Positions 28,586 through 37,902 of a DNA stretch of 64,000 nucleotides are shown here, one piece after another; the first letter of the stretch is position 1; every line of letters starts with the position of its first letter. A program made the translations under genes and the position numbers. Under the pieces are notes generated by a model that was not told where the DNA came from, searched no databases, and worked only from the letters and a program-made list of their open reading frames with translations. Origin of the DNA: an uncultured Solirubrobacterales bacterium (GTDB taxonomy: Bacteria > Actinomycetota > Thermoleophilia > Solirubrobacterales > 70-9); the NCBI GenBank assembly GCA_963703335.1, contig OY969812.1, forward strand, positions 972,495-1,036,494, read 5' to 3'.

Positions 28586-29371
28586 TTAGGCGCCGAGGAT
28601 CATGCAGGTGGCGATGCCGTGGGCGAGGAGCTTGCCACTGTCAGCGGCGGTCAGGTTGGCCTCGGCGGTGGCCTGGCGGCGGCCTCCGTAGAGGACGTTG
28701 GCCTCGCAGAGGACGCGGCCGGTGTCGCGGGTGATCGGGCGCACGTACTTGGCCTCGAGGCCGAGCGAGGTGTAGCCGACGCCGGCGGGAAGGGTCGTGT
28801 GGACGGCGCAGCCGAGGGCCGAGTCGAGCAGGGTCGCGGCGTAGCCGCCGTGGACGACACCGATCGGGTTGTAGTGCTCCTCGCCTGGTTCACCCTCGAA
28901 AATGACCCGGCCCTCTTCAAGCTCGACCGGCCGCAGGCGCATCGTCACCGCGATCGGCGGCGGCGGTGTCGCGCCGGTGACGACCGCGGTCATGTACTCC
29001 ATGCCGGTCATCGTCGCGCCGGCTGCTGCGGTCGGCACCGGGTCCTGCCAGACGAGAGTGCGCGTGCGTGTGGTCTCCGGGCTTGACTCGGCGAAAGCTT
29101 CGGCCACGTCCGGGGCCGTGCCCTCCGGCGCCGTGACGATGGCACCGTCGCCGCTCAACGACCCCCCCTGCGCCCGCTTGTCGCGAGGCGCTGGCGCGCC
29201 GCCCGCGGTGTGGCCGGATAGATCAGGTCGGCGGTGATCTCCGCCTGGCTTATCGAAATCTGGGGTGCCTTCGTCCGCTGCTGTTGTTTGTGTCTCGAGA
29301 TCAACCTCATCGGAGCGCCTCCAATCGGAGCTCGGCAGTTGGTTGCTTGAAGCAACTCTCATTGGATCCAA
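28586..29371 (-). CDS. PaaI-family hotdog thioesterase with a long low-complexity N-terminal region
   Basis: YNPIGVVHGGYAATLLDSALGCAV...GRRQATAEA. The start is uncertain: homolog-like sequence begins around LVWQDPVP, upstream of the internal ATG at 29011. Confidence 0.7.
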   Translation of the reverse strand: MDPMRVASSNQLPSSDWRRSDEVDLETQTTAADEGTPDFDKPGGDHRRPDLSGHTAGGAPAPRDKRAQGGSLSGDGAIVTAPEGTAPDVAEAFAESSPETTRTRTLVWQDPVPTAAAGATMTGMEYMTAVVTGATPPPPIAVTMRLRPVELEEGRVIFEGEPGEEHYNPIGVVHGGYAATLLDSALGCAVHTTLPAGVGYTSLGLEAKYVRPITRDTGRVLCEANVLYGGRRQATAEANLTAADSGKLLAHGIATCMILGA

Positions 29372-29404
29372 ACCCTACCCGACTGAGTTGCTTGACGCAA
29401 CCCA

Positions 29405-29902
29405 GTGTGCGAAGATCACTCTGTGCTGCGCAACGACTATCCGGGCCAGATCTGTTCTATCGCCAGGTCTCTGGAAGCCGTCGGCGAGCGCTGGTCGCTG
29501 CTGATCGTGCGCGACGTGATGAACGGCCATCGCCGCTTCGATCAGCTGCAAAAGGCCCTCGGCGTGGCGCGCAACGTGCTCGCGGCGCGCCTGCAGCGAT
29601 TGGTCGAGGAGGACATCCTCGAGCGGCGGCCTTACCAGCGCAATCCCGAGCGCTACGAGTACTTCCTCACCGAGAAGGGGCTCGACCTCTGGCCGGCCCT
29701 GATTGCCCTGCTCAACTGGGGTGACCGTTACTCGCCCAGCCCCGACGGACCGCCGATGCTGATCGTCCACAAGGAGTGCGGCGGTGCGGTCAGCGACCGC
29801 GGTATCTGCGAAAGCTGCGGCCAGGTCCTGCACGCCCGCGACGCCCGCGCCCTGCCCGGCCCAGGCCTTGCGACGGCACTCGACTCGGTCGAGGCCGCCT
29901 AA
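29405..29902 (+). CDS. HxlR-family transcriptional regulator
   Basis: CSIARSLEAVGERWSLLIVRDVMNGHRRFDQLQKALGVARNVLAARLQRLVEEDIL...YEYFLTEKG. Confidence 0.85.
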   Translation: MCEDHSVLRNDYPGQICSIARSLEAVGERWSLLIVRDVMNGHRRFDQLQKALGVARNVLAARLQRLVEEDILERRPYQRNPERYEYFLTEKGLDLWPALIALLNWGDRYSPSPDGPPMLIVHKECGGAVSDRGICESCGQVLHARDARALPGPGLATALDSVEAA

Positions 29903-29955
29903 CCGAACTGCATCAACTTCTCCACCTGCCGGAGGGAGAAGTTGATGCAGTTCGG
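29903..29955 (+). promoter_or_regulatory. Perfect 21-bp-stem inverted repeat between hxlR-like and ALDH (terminator and/or operator)
   Basis: CCGAACTGCATCAACTTCTCC (29903-29923), an 11-nt loop, then GGAGAAGTTGATGCAGTTCGG (29935-29955). It starts 1 nt after the TAA stop and shares its core with 11230-11278. Confidence 0.5.
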
Positions 29956-30014
29956 GAGTTTGGGCGGTAGCGTTGACTGCTCGGCCAGCGGCGACAGAGC
30001 TAAAGGAGACGAAA

Positions 30015-31451
<1,437 letters not shown>

Positions 31452-31457
31452 GCGGGT

Positions 31458-31578
31458 GGGAGGGGCGGGGGTGTCCCTCCGGTTGCTGGGGTTTTCGCCT
31501 CGCGCGCTGCGGCTCTCGCTGAGGGGTCTGTGCGAAAACCAGGACGCCGCTGCCCGGAGGGACACCCCCGCCCCTCCC
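31458..31578. repeat. 121-nt element bounded by a perfect 25-bp inverted repeat
   Basis: GGGAGGGGCGGGGGTGTCCCTCCGG (31458-31482) and its exact reverse complement (31554-31578). There is an inner 9-bp pair, GGTTTTCGC/GCGAAAACC. The element lies between the ALDH stop and the ACAD start. Confidence 0.7.
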
Positions 31579-31603
31579 TTCCAGGCTCAATAGGCTGCCG
31601 CCG

Positions 31604-32749
31604 ATGAACTTCGATCTGACTGACGAGCAGAAGCTGCTTCGGGACACGGTTCGGGACTTTGCCCTTCAAGAGGTAAAGCCCGTTGCCGAGGAGATGGACC
31701 GGACGAAGAGCTTTCCGTACGAGATTGTGGGGAAGCTCGGGGGGCTCGGGTTGATGGGGATTCCGTTTCCGCAGGAGTACGGCGGGGGCGGGGCGGACAC
31801 GCTTTCGTACGTGCTGGCGGTGGAAGAGCTGGCTCGGATCGATTCCTCGGTTTGCATCACGATGGCGGCGCACACTTCGTTGGGGACGATGCCGATCTAT
31901 TTGTGGGGGTCAGATGAGCAGAAGGCGGAGTGGCTGCCGCGGCTGTGTACGGGGGAAAGGCTCGCCTCGTTTGGGCTGACCGAGCCGGAGGCCGGGTCCG
32001 ATGCGGGGAACGTGCGGACTACGGCGAAGCTCGACGGCGGCGAATGGGTCGTCAACGGGGCGAAGCAGTTCATTACGAACTCGGGGACGGAGATCTCGGG
32101 GTGCGTGTCGATTACTGCTGTCACCGGCGCGGCGAACGGGCGCAAGGAGATCTCGAACCTGATCGTCCCCAACGGCACTCCCGGCTACGAGGCCGGTGAG
32201 CCGTACCGGAAGATGGGCTGGAACGCCTCCGACACCCGGCCGCTCACGTTCGAGGATTGCCGCCTCCCTGAGGCGAACTTGCTCGGCCGCCGTGGCGACG
32301 GCTTCAAGAACTTCCTCCACATCCTCGACGGCGGTCGGATCGGGGTTGCCGCGATGGGGGTCGGCCTCGCCCAAGGCGCGCTTAACGAGGCAATTTCCTA
32401 TGCCAAGGAGCGTCAGGCGTTTGGCCAGGCGATCTCCAAGTTCCAGTCGATCCAGGCAAAGATCGCCGACCTCTCGGCCCAGATCGAGGCGGCGCGGCTG
32501 CTTACCTGGCGGGCCGCCCTGGAGAAGGACGCCGGCAAGTCGTTCACCCTCACCGCCGCCCAGGCGAAGCTGATCACCGGCCGCCTCGCCGTCCGCGCCA
32601 CCGAGGAGGCGGTCCAGATCCACGGCGGCTACGGCTACATCGAGGAGTACCCGGTCTGTCGTTTCTACCGCGACGCCAAGATCCTCACCATCGGCGAGGG
32701 CACCGACGAGGTGCAGCAGATGGTGATCGCCCGCCAGCTTGGCTGCTAG
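31604..32749 (+). CDS. Acyl-CoA dehydrogenase
   Basis: GLTEPEAGSDA, the typical ACAD length (381 aa), and C-terminal QIHGGYGYIEEYPVCRFYRDAKILTIGEGT. Confidence 0.95.
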   Translation: MNFDLTDEQKLLRDTVRDFALQEVKPVAEEMDRTKSFPYEIVGKLGGLGLMGIPFPQEYGGGGADTLSYVLAVEELARIDSSVCITMAAHTSLGTMPIYLWGSDEQKAEWLPRLCTGERLASFGLTEPEAGSDAGNVRTTAKLDGGEWVVNGAKQFITNSGTEISGCVSITAVTGAANGRKEISNLIVPNGTPGYEAGEPYRKMGWNASDTRPLTFEDCRLPEANLLGRRGDGFKNFLHILDGGRIGVAAMGVGLAQGALNEAISYAKERQAFGQAISKFQSIQAKIADLSAQIEAARLLTWRAALEKDAGKSFTLTAAQAKLITGRLAVRATEEAVQIHGGYGYIEEYPVCRFYRDAKILTIGEGTDEVQQMVIARQLGC

Positions 32750-32778
32750 CTGCCTGCACGTGCAGGCTTGAGCGGACG

Positions 32779-34557
32779 CTAGCCGAAGGTGAACGCGTAG
32801 CCAGTTACCCCTGCCTCCGGTTCGAGTCGCAAGACGTGGTGGCCGACGGTGGGGAGGTCGACGAGGTTGTAGAGGCGCTGGGCGCTAACTGTGACAACGC
32901 CGTCGTGGACGTCTGAGCCAGCAAGGTTGACGGGAATCGGACGACCGTCGAGCAGGACGCGGACGCTGCGAGCTCGGCCCAACGACCCAAGCACCAGATA
33001 GACGCGGCGGGCGCCGAAGTTGAGATCGAGTGAGCCACCCTGCGCCGTCGCTGAGTCGAGCGTGATCCGCCAGCGCCCTCGATAGGCAAATTCGTTCGGG
33101 CCGGGAGGCGGCGCCTTGACGAAGTCATGCGCACCCGGCGAGAGGATCGGGTTGGTGAAGCGTTCGGCGCGGGCGGCGCCCAGGTAGGTCTCCGGGGTCG
33201 TCACCCCGGCCGAGGCTTCGATCCCATGCGCACCCGAATCACGCTTGGGGATCGGGCGCCCGGCTTCCGCCAGCAGCTCGCGAATGATCTGCTCCTTCTC
33301 GTCGTATTCGCCCTCGCCGTAGTGAGCAAAACGAACCTGTCCCTCGGCGTCGATGAAGTACTCGGAAGGCCAGTACTGAGTCCCGTAGGCACTCCAGGTG
33401 GCCAGGTCATTGTCTTGGGCGACCGGGTAGTGAATACCGTTGCGCTCAATTGCTTCCTGCACGTTGCCGGCGTCCTTCTCGAAGGGAAACTCCGGGGAGT
33501 GGACGCCGACGATCGTCAGCCCGTCCTTGCGGTACGTCCTGTCCCAGGCGGTCAGGTAGGGAAGGGTGCGCAGGCAGTTGATGCAGCTGTAAGTCCAAAA
33601 GTCGACGAGAACGACCCGGCCGCGCAACGAGCGCAGCGTCAGCGCTCGGCCGCCGGGGGTGTTGAACCACTGCTGGTTACCGACGAATTCGGGTGCCATG
33701 CCGAGCACGGGCAGGCCGGACTGCTTCGGTTCGGGAGATGACCGCTCTTCAGAGCTTGCTCGAACTGCGGCAGCCGCGCTGGTTGCCTTCGCACCGACAC
33801 CGTGCGCCGCTTCGCCTCGAATGTCGTTCAGCGCCGCCCTCGCCTTTGCGGTGTCCTCAAGTCCTTCGGTCGGATTGACCAGGAAGCTCGGCAGCGAACT
33901 GGCGATCTCGTTCTGGAACTTGACGTCGTAGTCGCGCGCCATCGCCAGGGCGACGACCACCATCACCGCGCCCATCGCAATTTGCAGCCCGACCCCACGC
34001 CGAGCCAGCGGCGCCACCAGCCTGCGCCCACCCAGCATCAGGAGATAGAGGACGACCGCCGAGCCGATCCCATAGCTGAGCGCGACGGCGAGGCGGCCGG
34101 CCGTGAACGGCTGCGAGGCGGAGACGGTGATCACCCCGGCCAGGATCGGCCCGGCGCAGGGCGCGTAGACAAGGCCGAGGCTGGCGCCCACCGCCGTACC
34201 CGACCAAAAGCCGTCCCCTCCCCCGCCGGCGATTCCGGCCCGCCCGGCGAAGCGGCTCATCGCCGCCTCGATCCGGGCCGCCAGCGGCGGGATCATCAGC
34301 GTCACCCCAAAGGCGAGCAGGACGGCGATCGCCAGCTTGCGGAGTAGGTCGCCGGGCAGTCCCAGCGCCGAAATCACGTAGACCAGCGCCACGGTGGCGA
34401 AGGTGAAGGAGACCGCCAGGCCGGCAACGATCCCCAAGGGTCTGCGCCTGCCGCCCGTCGCGCCGGCCGAGAGCGCGATCGGAAGAACCGGAAGTACGCA
34501 GGGCGAGAGCGCGGTACCCGCGCCCGCGACGAAACCGAAGAGCATCAGCAAGATCAC
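32779..34557 (-). CDS. DipZ-like protein: CcdA/DsbD membrane domain plus a thioredoxin-like domain plus a C-terminal beta domain
   Basis: N-terminal ALSPCVLPVLP (CcdA motif) and about 6 TM helices, followed by VLVDFWTYSCINCLRTLP (CxxC redoxin), followed by a ~150-aa C-terminal domain. Confidence 0.85.
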   Translation of the reverse strand: MILLMLFGFVAGAGTALSPCVLPVLPIALSAGATGGRRRPLGIVAGLAVSFTFATVALVYVISALGLPGDLLRKLAIAVLLAFGVTLMIPPLAARIEAAMSRFAGRAGIAGGGGDGFWSGTAVGASLGLVYAPCAGPILAGVITVSASQPFTAGRLAVALSYGIGSAVVLYLLMLGGRRLVAPLARRGVGLQIAMGAVMVVVALAMARDYDVKFQNEIASSLPSFLVNPTEGLEDTAKARAALNDIRGEAAHGVGAKATSAAAAVRASSEERSSPEPKQSGLPVLGMAPEFVGNQQWFNTPGGRALTLRSLRGRVVLVDFWTYSCINCLRTLPYLTAWDRTYRKDGLTIVGVHSPEFPFEKDAGNVQEAIERNGIHYPVAQDNDLATWSAYGTQYWPSEYFIDAEGQVRFAHYGEGEYDEKEQIIRELLAEAGRPIPKRDSGAHGIEASAGVTTPETYLGAARAERFTNPILSPGAHDFVKAPPPGPNEFAYRGRWRITLDSATAQGGSLDLNFGARRVYLVLGSLGRARSVRVLLDGRPIPVNLAGSDVHDGVVTVSAQRLYNLVDLPTVGHHVLRLEPEAGVTGYAFTFG

Positions 34558-34606
34558 CGTCTCAACCTTTCCACTCTCTGCCTACGAGAAAACGGTGGGG
34601 AGCGGT

Positions 34607-35005
34607 TCAGGCTGGTTGGGAAGTAACAGCGCCCCCGTCGCGACCCGCCACCTCGGCCGCCCTGCCGAGACCTTCGCCGATGCCGTAATGCGCGCAGATC
34701 GTCAGCTCGTGCTCACGCAATAGCGGCCGAGTGGGATCGACGACCGGGGCGCTGCGGATTGGGTCGCGCTCGTGAGCGACCCAGACGCGGCCACCTCCGC
34801 CGGCGCAATTGCTGATCGGGATCGCCACCAGGGTGCCCTTGAGGCGGCCCTGCCTGGCGATCAGCCAGCTTGGCTTACCGTCCTCAGCATCGACGAAGAG
34901 GCCGTGGACTTGGCCGATCTCGGAGCCGCCGATTTCGTCGACGCGATCGCCGATCCACCCCTTTGCCTCCGCTAGCGAAGGCGGCGCGGTCACCGGCTCA
35001 GTCAT
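34607..35005 (-). CDS. PRC-barrel domain protein
   Basis: GWIGDRVDEIGGSEIGQVHGLFVDAEDGKPSWLIARQG...LVAIP. The start MTEPV at 35005 overlaps the meaB stop by 8 nt. The upstream 111 codons of the track ORF are out-of-frame overlap with meaB. Confidence 0.6.
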   Translation of the reverse strand: MTEPVTAPPSLAEAKGWIGDRVDEIGGSEIGQVHGLFVDAEDGKPSWLIARQGRLKGTLVAIPISNCAGGGGRVWVAHERDPIRSAPVVDPTRPLLREHELTICAHYGIGEGLGRAAEVAGRDGGAVTSQPA

Positions 35006-35960
35006 CTGCCTGCCTCTCCAGCAGCTCAGAAGCCGCGCTGGCGGGGTCGAGTTCGCGGCGCACCACGCGCTCCAGCAGCGCGGTTGTCTCCGGGTCGGCT
35101 GCGGCGGTTGCCTCCATCCGCCGCCGCATCCGCGAGGTGGCAATGCCGAGCACCTCATTGCGGAGGTTGCGGGCGCGGCGCTCCTGCAGAGCGCCCGCCG
35201 CCTCGATGTGGGCACGGTGCTCGTCGATTGCCTCGGACAGCTCGGTGACGCCCTCGCCGCGCGCCGCCTCGGTGCGCAGGATCGGCACCTTCCAGCCCTC
35301 GGGGTCGTGGGAGAGGGCCAGGACGCCGCGCACCTCACGCACCATCGTGTCGGTCATCGGGTGGTCGGCCTTGTTGACGACGATCACGTCGGGGATCTCC
35401 ATCACACCGGCCTTCAGCGCCTGGATCGAGTCGCCCGAGCCCGGCATCAGCGCCAGCACGATCGTGTCGGCGTGGTCGACGATGTCGATCTCGGCCTGAC
35501 CGACCCCGACCGTCTCGATCAGGACGTCGTCCTTGCCGGCGGCGTCCATCGCCAGCGCCACCTGTAGCGCCGCCTCGGAGAGGCCGCCGAGGGCCCCGCG
35601 CGACGCCATCGAGCGGATGAAAACGCCGGGGTCGAGGAAGTGGTCGGAGAGACGGATGCGATCGCCGAGCAGGGCGCCCTGGGTAAAGGGGCTGGACGGG
35701 TCGATCGAGAGCACGGCGACCTGGCGCTCGGCCTTGCGCAGCTCTGCCGTCAAGGCCCCAATCAGGGTGCTCTTGCCGACGCCGGGCGGACCGGTGAAAC
35801 CGACGATGCGCGCCTTGCCGGTGCGCGGGTAGACCTCGCGCACCAGCTCCCAGCCGGCCGGGTCGTCGGACTCGATCAAGGTGATCGCCCGGGCCAGAGC
35901 GCGCTTGTCTCCGGCGACGAGGCGCTCGGCGAGCGGTGCGGTCTTGGCGGCGTCGGTCAC
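34998..35960 (-). CDS. meaB: Methylmalonyl-CoA mutase-associated GTPase (MeaB/ArgK)
   Basis: GFTGPPGVGKSTL P-loop, ETVGVGQAE and VVNKADH. Confidence 0.93.
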   Translation of the reverse strand: MTDAAKTAPLAERLVAGDKRALARAITLIESDDPAGWELVREVYPRTGKARIVGFTGPPGVGKSTLIGALTAELRKAERQVAVLSIDPSSPFTQGALLGDRIRLSDHFLDPGVFIRSMASRGALGGLSEAALQVALAMDAAGKDDVLIETVGVGQAEIDIVDHADTIVLALMPGSGDSIQALKAGVMEIPDVIVVNKADHPMTDTMVREVRGVLALSHDPEGWKVPILRTEAARGEGVTELSEAIDEHRAHIEAAGALQERRARNLRNEVLGIATSRMRRRMEATAAADPETTALLERVVRRELDPASAASELLERQADD

Positions 35961-35989
35961 GGCTGCGCCAGTCTAGAGTCCCCGCCGCC

Positions 35990-36649
35990 GTGATTCGCAC
36001 CATCCGCTTCCTCGCCCGCCACGGGATGCTGAACCTGAAATACGGGCGGCTGCTGGGCCGCTACCTGCGGCGCCGGTTCTTCACCGCCGCGGGCCGGCGC
36101 TGGCGGACCGACGGACTGCTCTTCCTCGGCCGCGGGCTCGAACTGGAGATCGCTCCCGGCGCCCGACTCGACTTCGGTCGCTTCGTTTGGCTCGGCGACG
36201 GGACCAAGGTCCGCTGCCACGAGGGCCGGGTGGAGATTGGCGCCAAAACGGTGATGGGGCAGGAGTGCACGATCTCCGCCTACCAACACGTGCGGATCGG
36301 CGAGCAGTGCGTGATCGCCGACCGGGCGATGTTCATCGACTTCGACCACGGCGTGGTCGAAGTCGAGCGACCGATTCGCCAGCAGGGCATCTACAAGCGC
36401 GACGTCGTGGTCGGCTCAAACGTCTGGATCGGCTACGGCGCCTGCATCCTGCGCGGGGTCAGCGTCGGCGACAACGCGATCGTCGGCACCAACTCTGTCG
36501 TCACCAAGGACGTCCCCGCCAACGCGGTGGTCGCCGGCATCCCCGCCCGCGTGATCCGCATGCGCGAGGCGCCACAGGAGCTGCGCTGGCCGGATCCGGT
36601 TGAGCCAGACCCGCGGGCGCACACGACGTTGCCCCCGCCGGCAGAGTAA
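35990..36649 (+). CDS. Hexapeptide-repeat (LbH) acetyltransferase
   Basis: VVVGSNVWIGYGACILRGVSVGDNAIVGTNSVVTKDVPANAVVAGIPARVI. The GTG at 35990 is chosen so the gene does not overlap the meaB start. The track start is 35936. Confidence 0.8.
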   Translation: MIRTIRFLARHGMLNLKYGRLLGRYLRRRFFTAAGRRWRTDGLLFLGRGLELEIAPGARLDFGRFVWLGDGTKVRCHEGRVEIGAKTVMGQECTISAYQHVRIGEQCVIADRAMFIDFDHGVVEVERPIRQQGIYKRDVVVGSNVWIGYGACILRGVSVGDNAIVGTNSVVTKDVPANAVVAGIPARVIRMREAPQELRWPDPVEPDPRAHTTLPPPAE

Positions 36650-36668
36650 ATCCCCGCTTCGTCGTAAC

Positions 36669-36926
36669 TCAGTCGAGCGTGGTCGGCAGGGTCCGCAGGC
36701 CCTGCGCGCGGGCAGCGCGGTGCAGATCGAGATCCCAGGTCACAAAGGTAGGGGTCGTCGTCGATCATCGACCTCGACAACGTCGATACGGGTCCAGTCG
36801 CTTTCCAAAGCCAACCCGGCACATCTTGTAGGCGCTTGCGCATCGCATCGCCTCAATCACCGAGTCGCTACCGATTTCCCTTACATAGCGCTTGACCAGC
36901 GCGCTCGAGTCGAGATAAAGCGTCAA
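36669..36926 (-). pseudogene. Decayed PIN-domain (VapC-like) toxin gene
   Basis: A TTG at 36926 (TTGA overlap with the antitoxin stop) opens LTLYLDSSALVKRYVREIGSDSVIEAM... (PIN N-terminus) and terminates after 53 codons. A PIN C-terminus, TFVTWDLDLHRAARAQGLRTLP, is readable in another frame and ends at 36669. Total length is about 85 codons against about 130 expected. Confidence 0.5.
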
Positions 36927-37117
36927 CGCTCTTCTTCACGCTCGGCGAGAATGAATGCCGATGCCGAACGACCCGTATCTCGGGGGGACGGCGGGCTCAT
37001 CGGGAGGGGCTCTGACGCGGGTGTAACCCGGCCTTCGGCAATCGGCTCGCCCCCCTCGACGTCGCGAAGCACGCTGCTCAGATTCGCCTTCAAATCCCGA
37101 ACTCCAATTTCTCGCAT
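36923..37117 (-). CDS. Phd/YefM/VapB-type antitoxin-like protein (possibly degenerate)
   Basis: MREIGVRDLKANLSSVLRDVEGGEPI is a typical antitoxin N-terminus. The central part looks shortened relative to the usual ...VVTDRGRPVA... segment. Confidence 0.5.
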   Translation of the reverse strand: MREIGVRDLKANLSSVLRDVEGGEPIAEGRVTPASEPLPMSPPSPRDTGRSASAFILAEREEER

Positions 37118-37294
37118 GTGGTCATGGTAGGTGGCGGTCGCTGCTTGACGCGACCTGCAAGTACTTACCAGGAATGAGGTTTGTTGTCTGACATCTGATA
37201 GATTTCACTCCTGTAGCAACTGTGGACTGGCCTGCGGCCATGCCGCCTCCGGCGCGCACGGTGGGAGTTCCTTCCTAGGAGACAATAAGTTTCC

Positions 37295-37576
37295 ATGGAT
37301 ATCGCCGCCCGCTTCGGAGAAAACCTCAGCCGCGTTCGCAAACGCGCCGACCTCTCGCAAGAGGAGCTCAGCGTGCGGGCTTCGCTGCACCGCACCGAGA
37401 TCAGTCAGCTCGAGCGTGGCCTGCGCATTGCTCGAGTCGACACTCTGATCAAGCTGATCGGCTCGCTCGAAATCTCGGCCGACGAGCTGCTGGTCGGCAT
37501 GGACTGGGAGCCGGGGGGCACCCGGCTCGGCAAGTACAAGCCGAAGGACCCGGCCCAGATGGAGCGCGGCTCCTAA
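37295..37576 (+). CDS. XRE-family HTH transcriptional regulator
   Basis: FGENLSRVRKRADLSQEELSVRASLHRTEISQLERGLRIARVDTLIKLIGSLEISADELL. Confidence 0.75.
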   Translation: MDIAARFGENLSRVRKRADLSQEELSVRASLHRTEISQLERGLRIARVDTLIKLIGSLEISADELLVGMDWEPGGTRLGKYKPKDPAQMERGS

Positions 37577-37779
37577 GTCCTCATTTTCGTGCCTCACTTC
37601 GCGCCGAAGTGAGAGCACAGAGCTCCGCCGGCGTCTCCTCGTCGTTCGAAGAGGCCGCCGAGCCTTGTCTGCAGCTTTCTGTCTCCACGATTTCTCTCCA
37701 GTCTGGAGCCTGTAGCCACGCTCAATTGGAGAGTGCAGACTTGACCTGAGACACGGTGTGTCTCAACAGGGATCAAGCG

Positions 37780-37902
37780 ATGACCATCTCAAAGACAGAC
37801 CTCAGCCTCTTGCTCAGTGTGCTGAGCCTTCTCCTCTCGCTGGGGCTCGGCGCCTATGCCGTCGTCGCCGTCATGGCCTACCTGCTGGCGAAGCTCCTCT
37901 AG
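37780..37902 (+). CDS. Candidate 40-aa hydrophobic peptide (not in the ORF track; speculative)
   Basis: An ATG at 37780 with GGGA about 10 nt upstream encodes MTISKTDLSLLLSVLSLLLSLGLGAYAVVAVMAYLLAKLL, ending at TAG 37900-37902. It is preceded by three short hairpins and overlaps the 3' end of the GT4 gene by 32 nt. Confidence 0.2.
   Translation: MTISKTDLSLLLSVLSLLLSLGLGAYAVVAVMAYLLAKLL

Noticed and set aside
28586-29371. The ~100-aa Gly/Asp/Pro-rich N-terminal region of the PaaI thioesterase, considered as a separate domain or gene.
   Set aside because: There is no independent start, stop or motif. It is most likely a disordered extension or partly untranslated leader, and it cannot be resolved without start-site data.
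35006-35338. The upstream 111 codons of ORF 34607..35338.
   Set aside because: They overlap the meaB coding sequence out of frame and are Arg/Cys/Pro-rich. The PRC-barrel homology begins at the internal Met at 35005.
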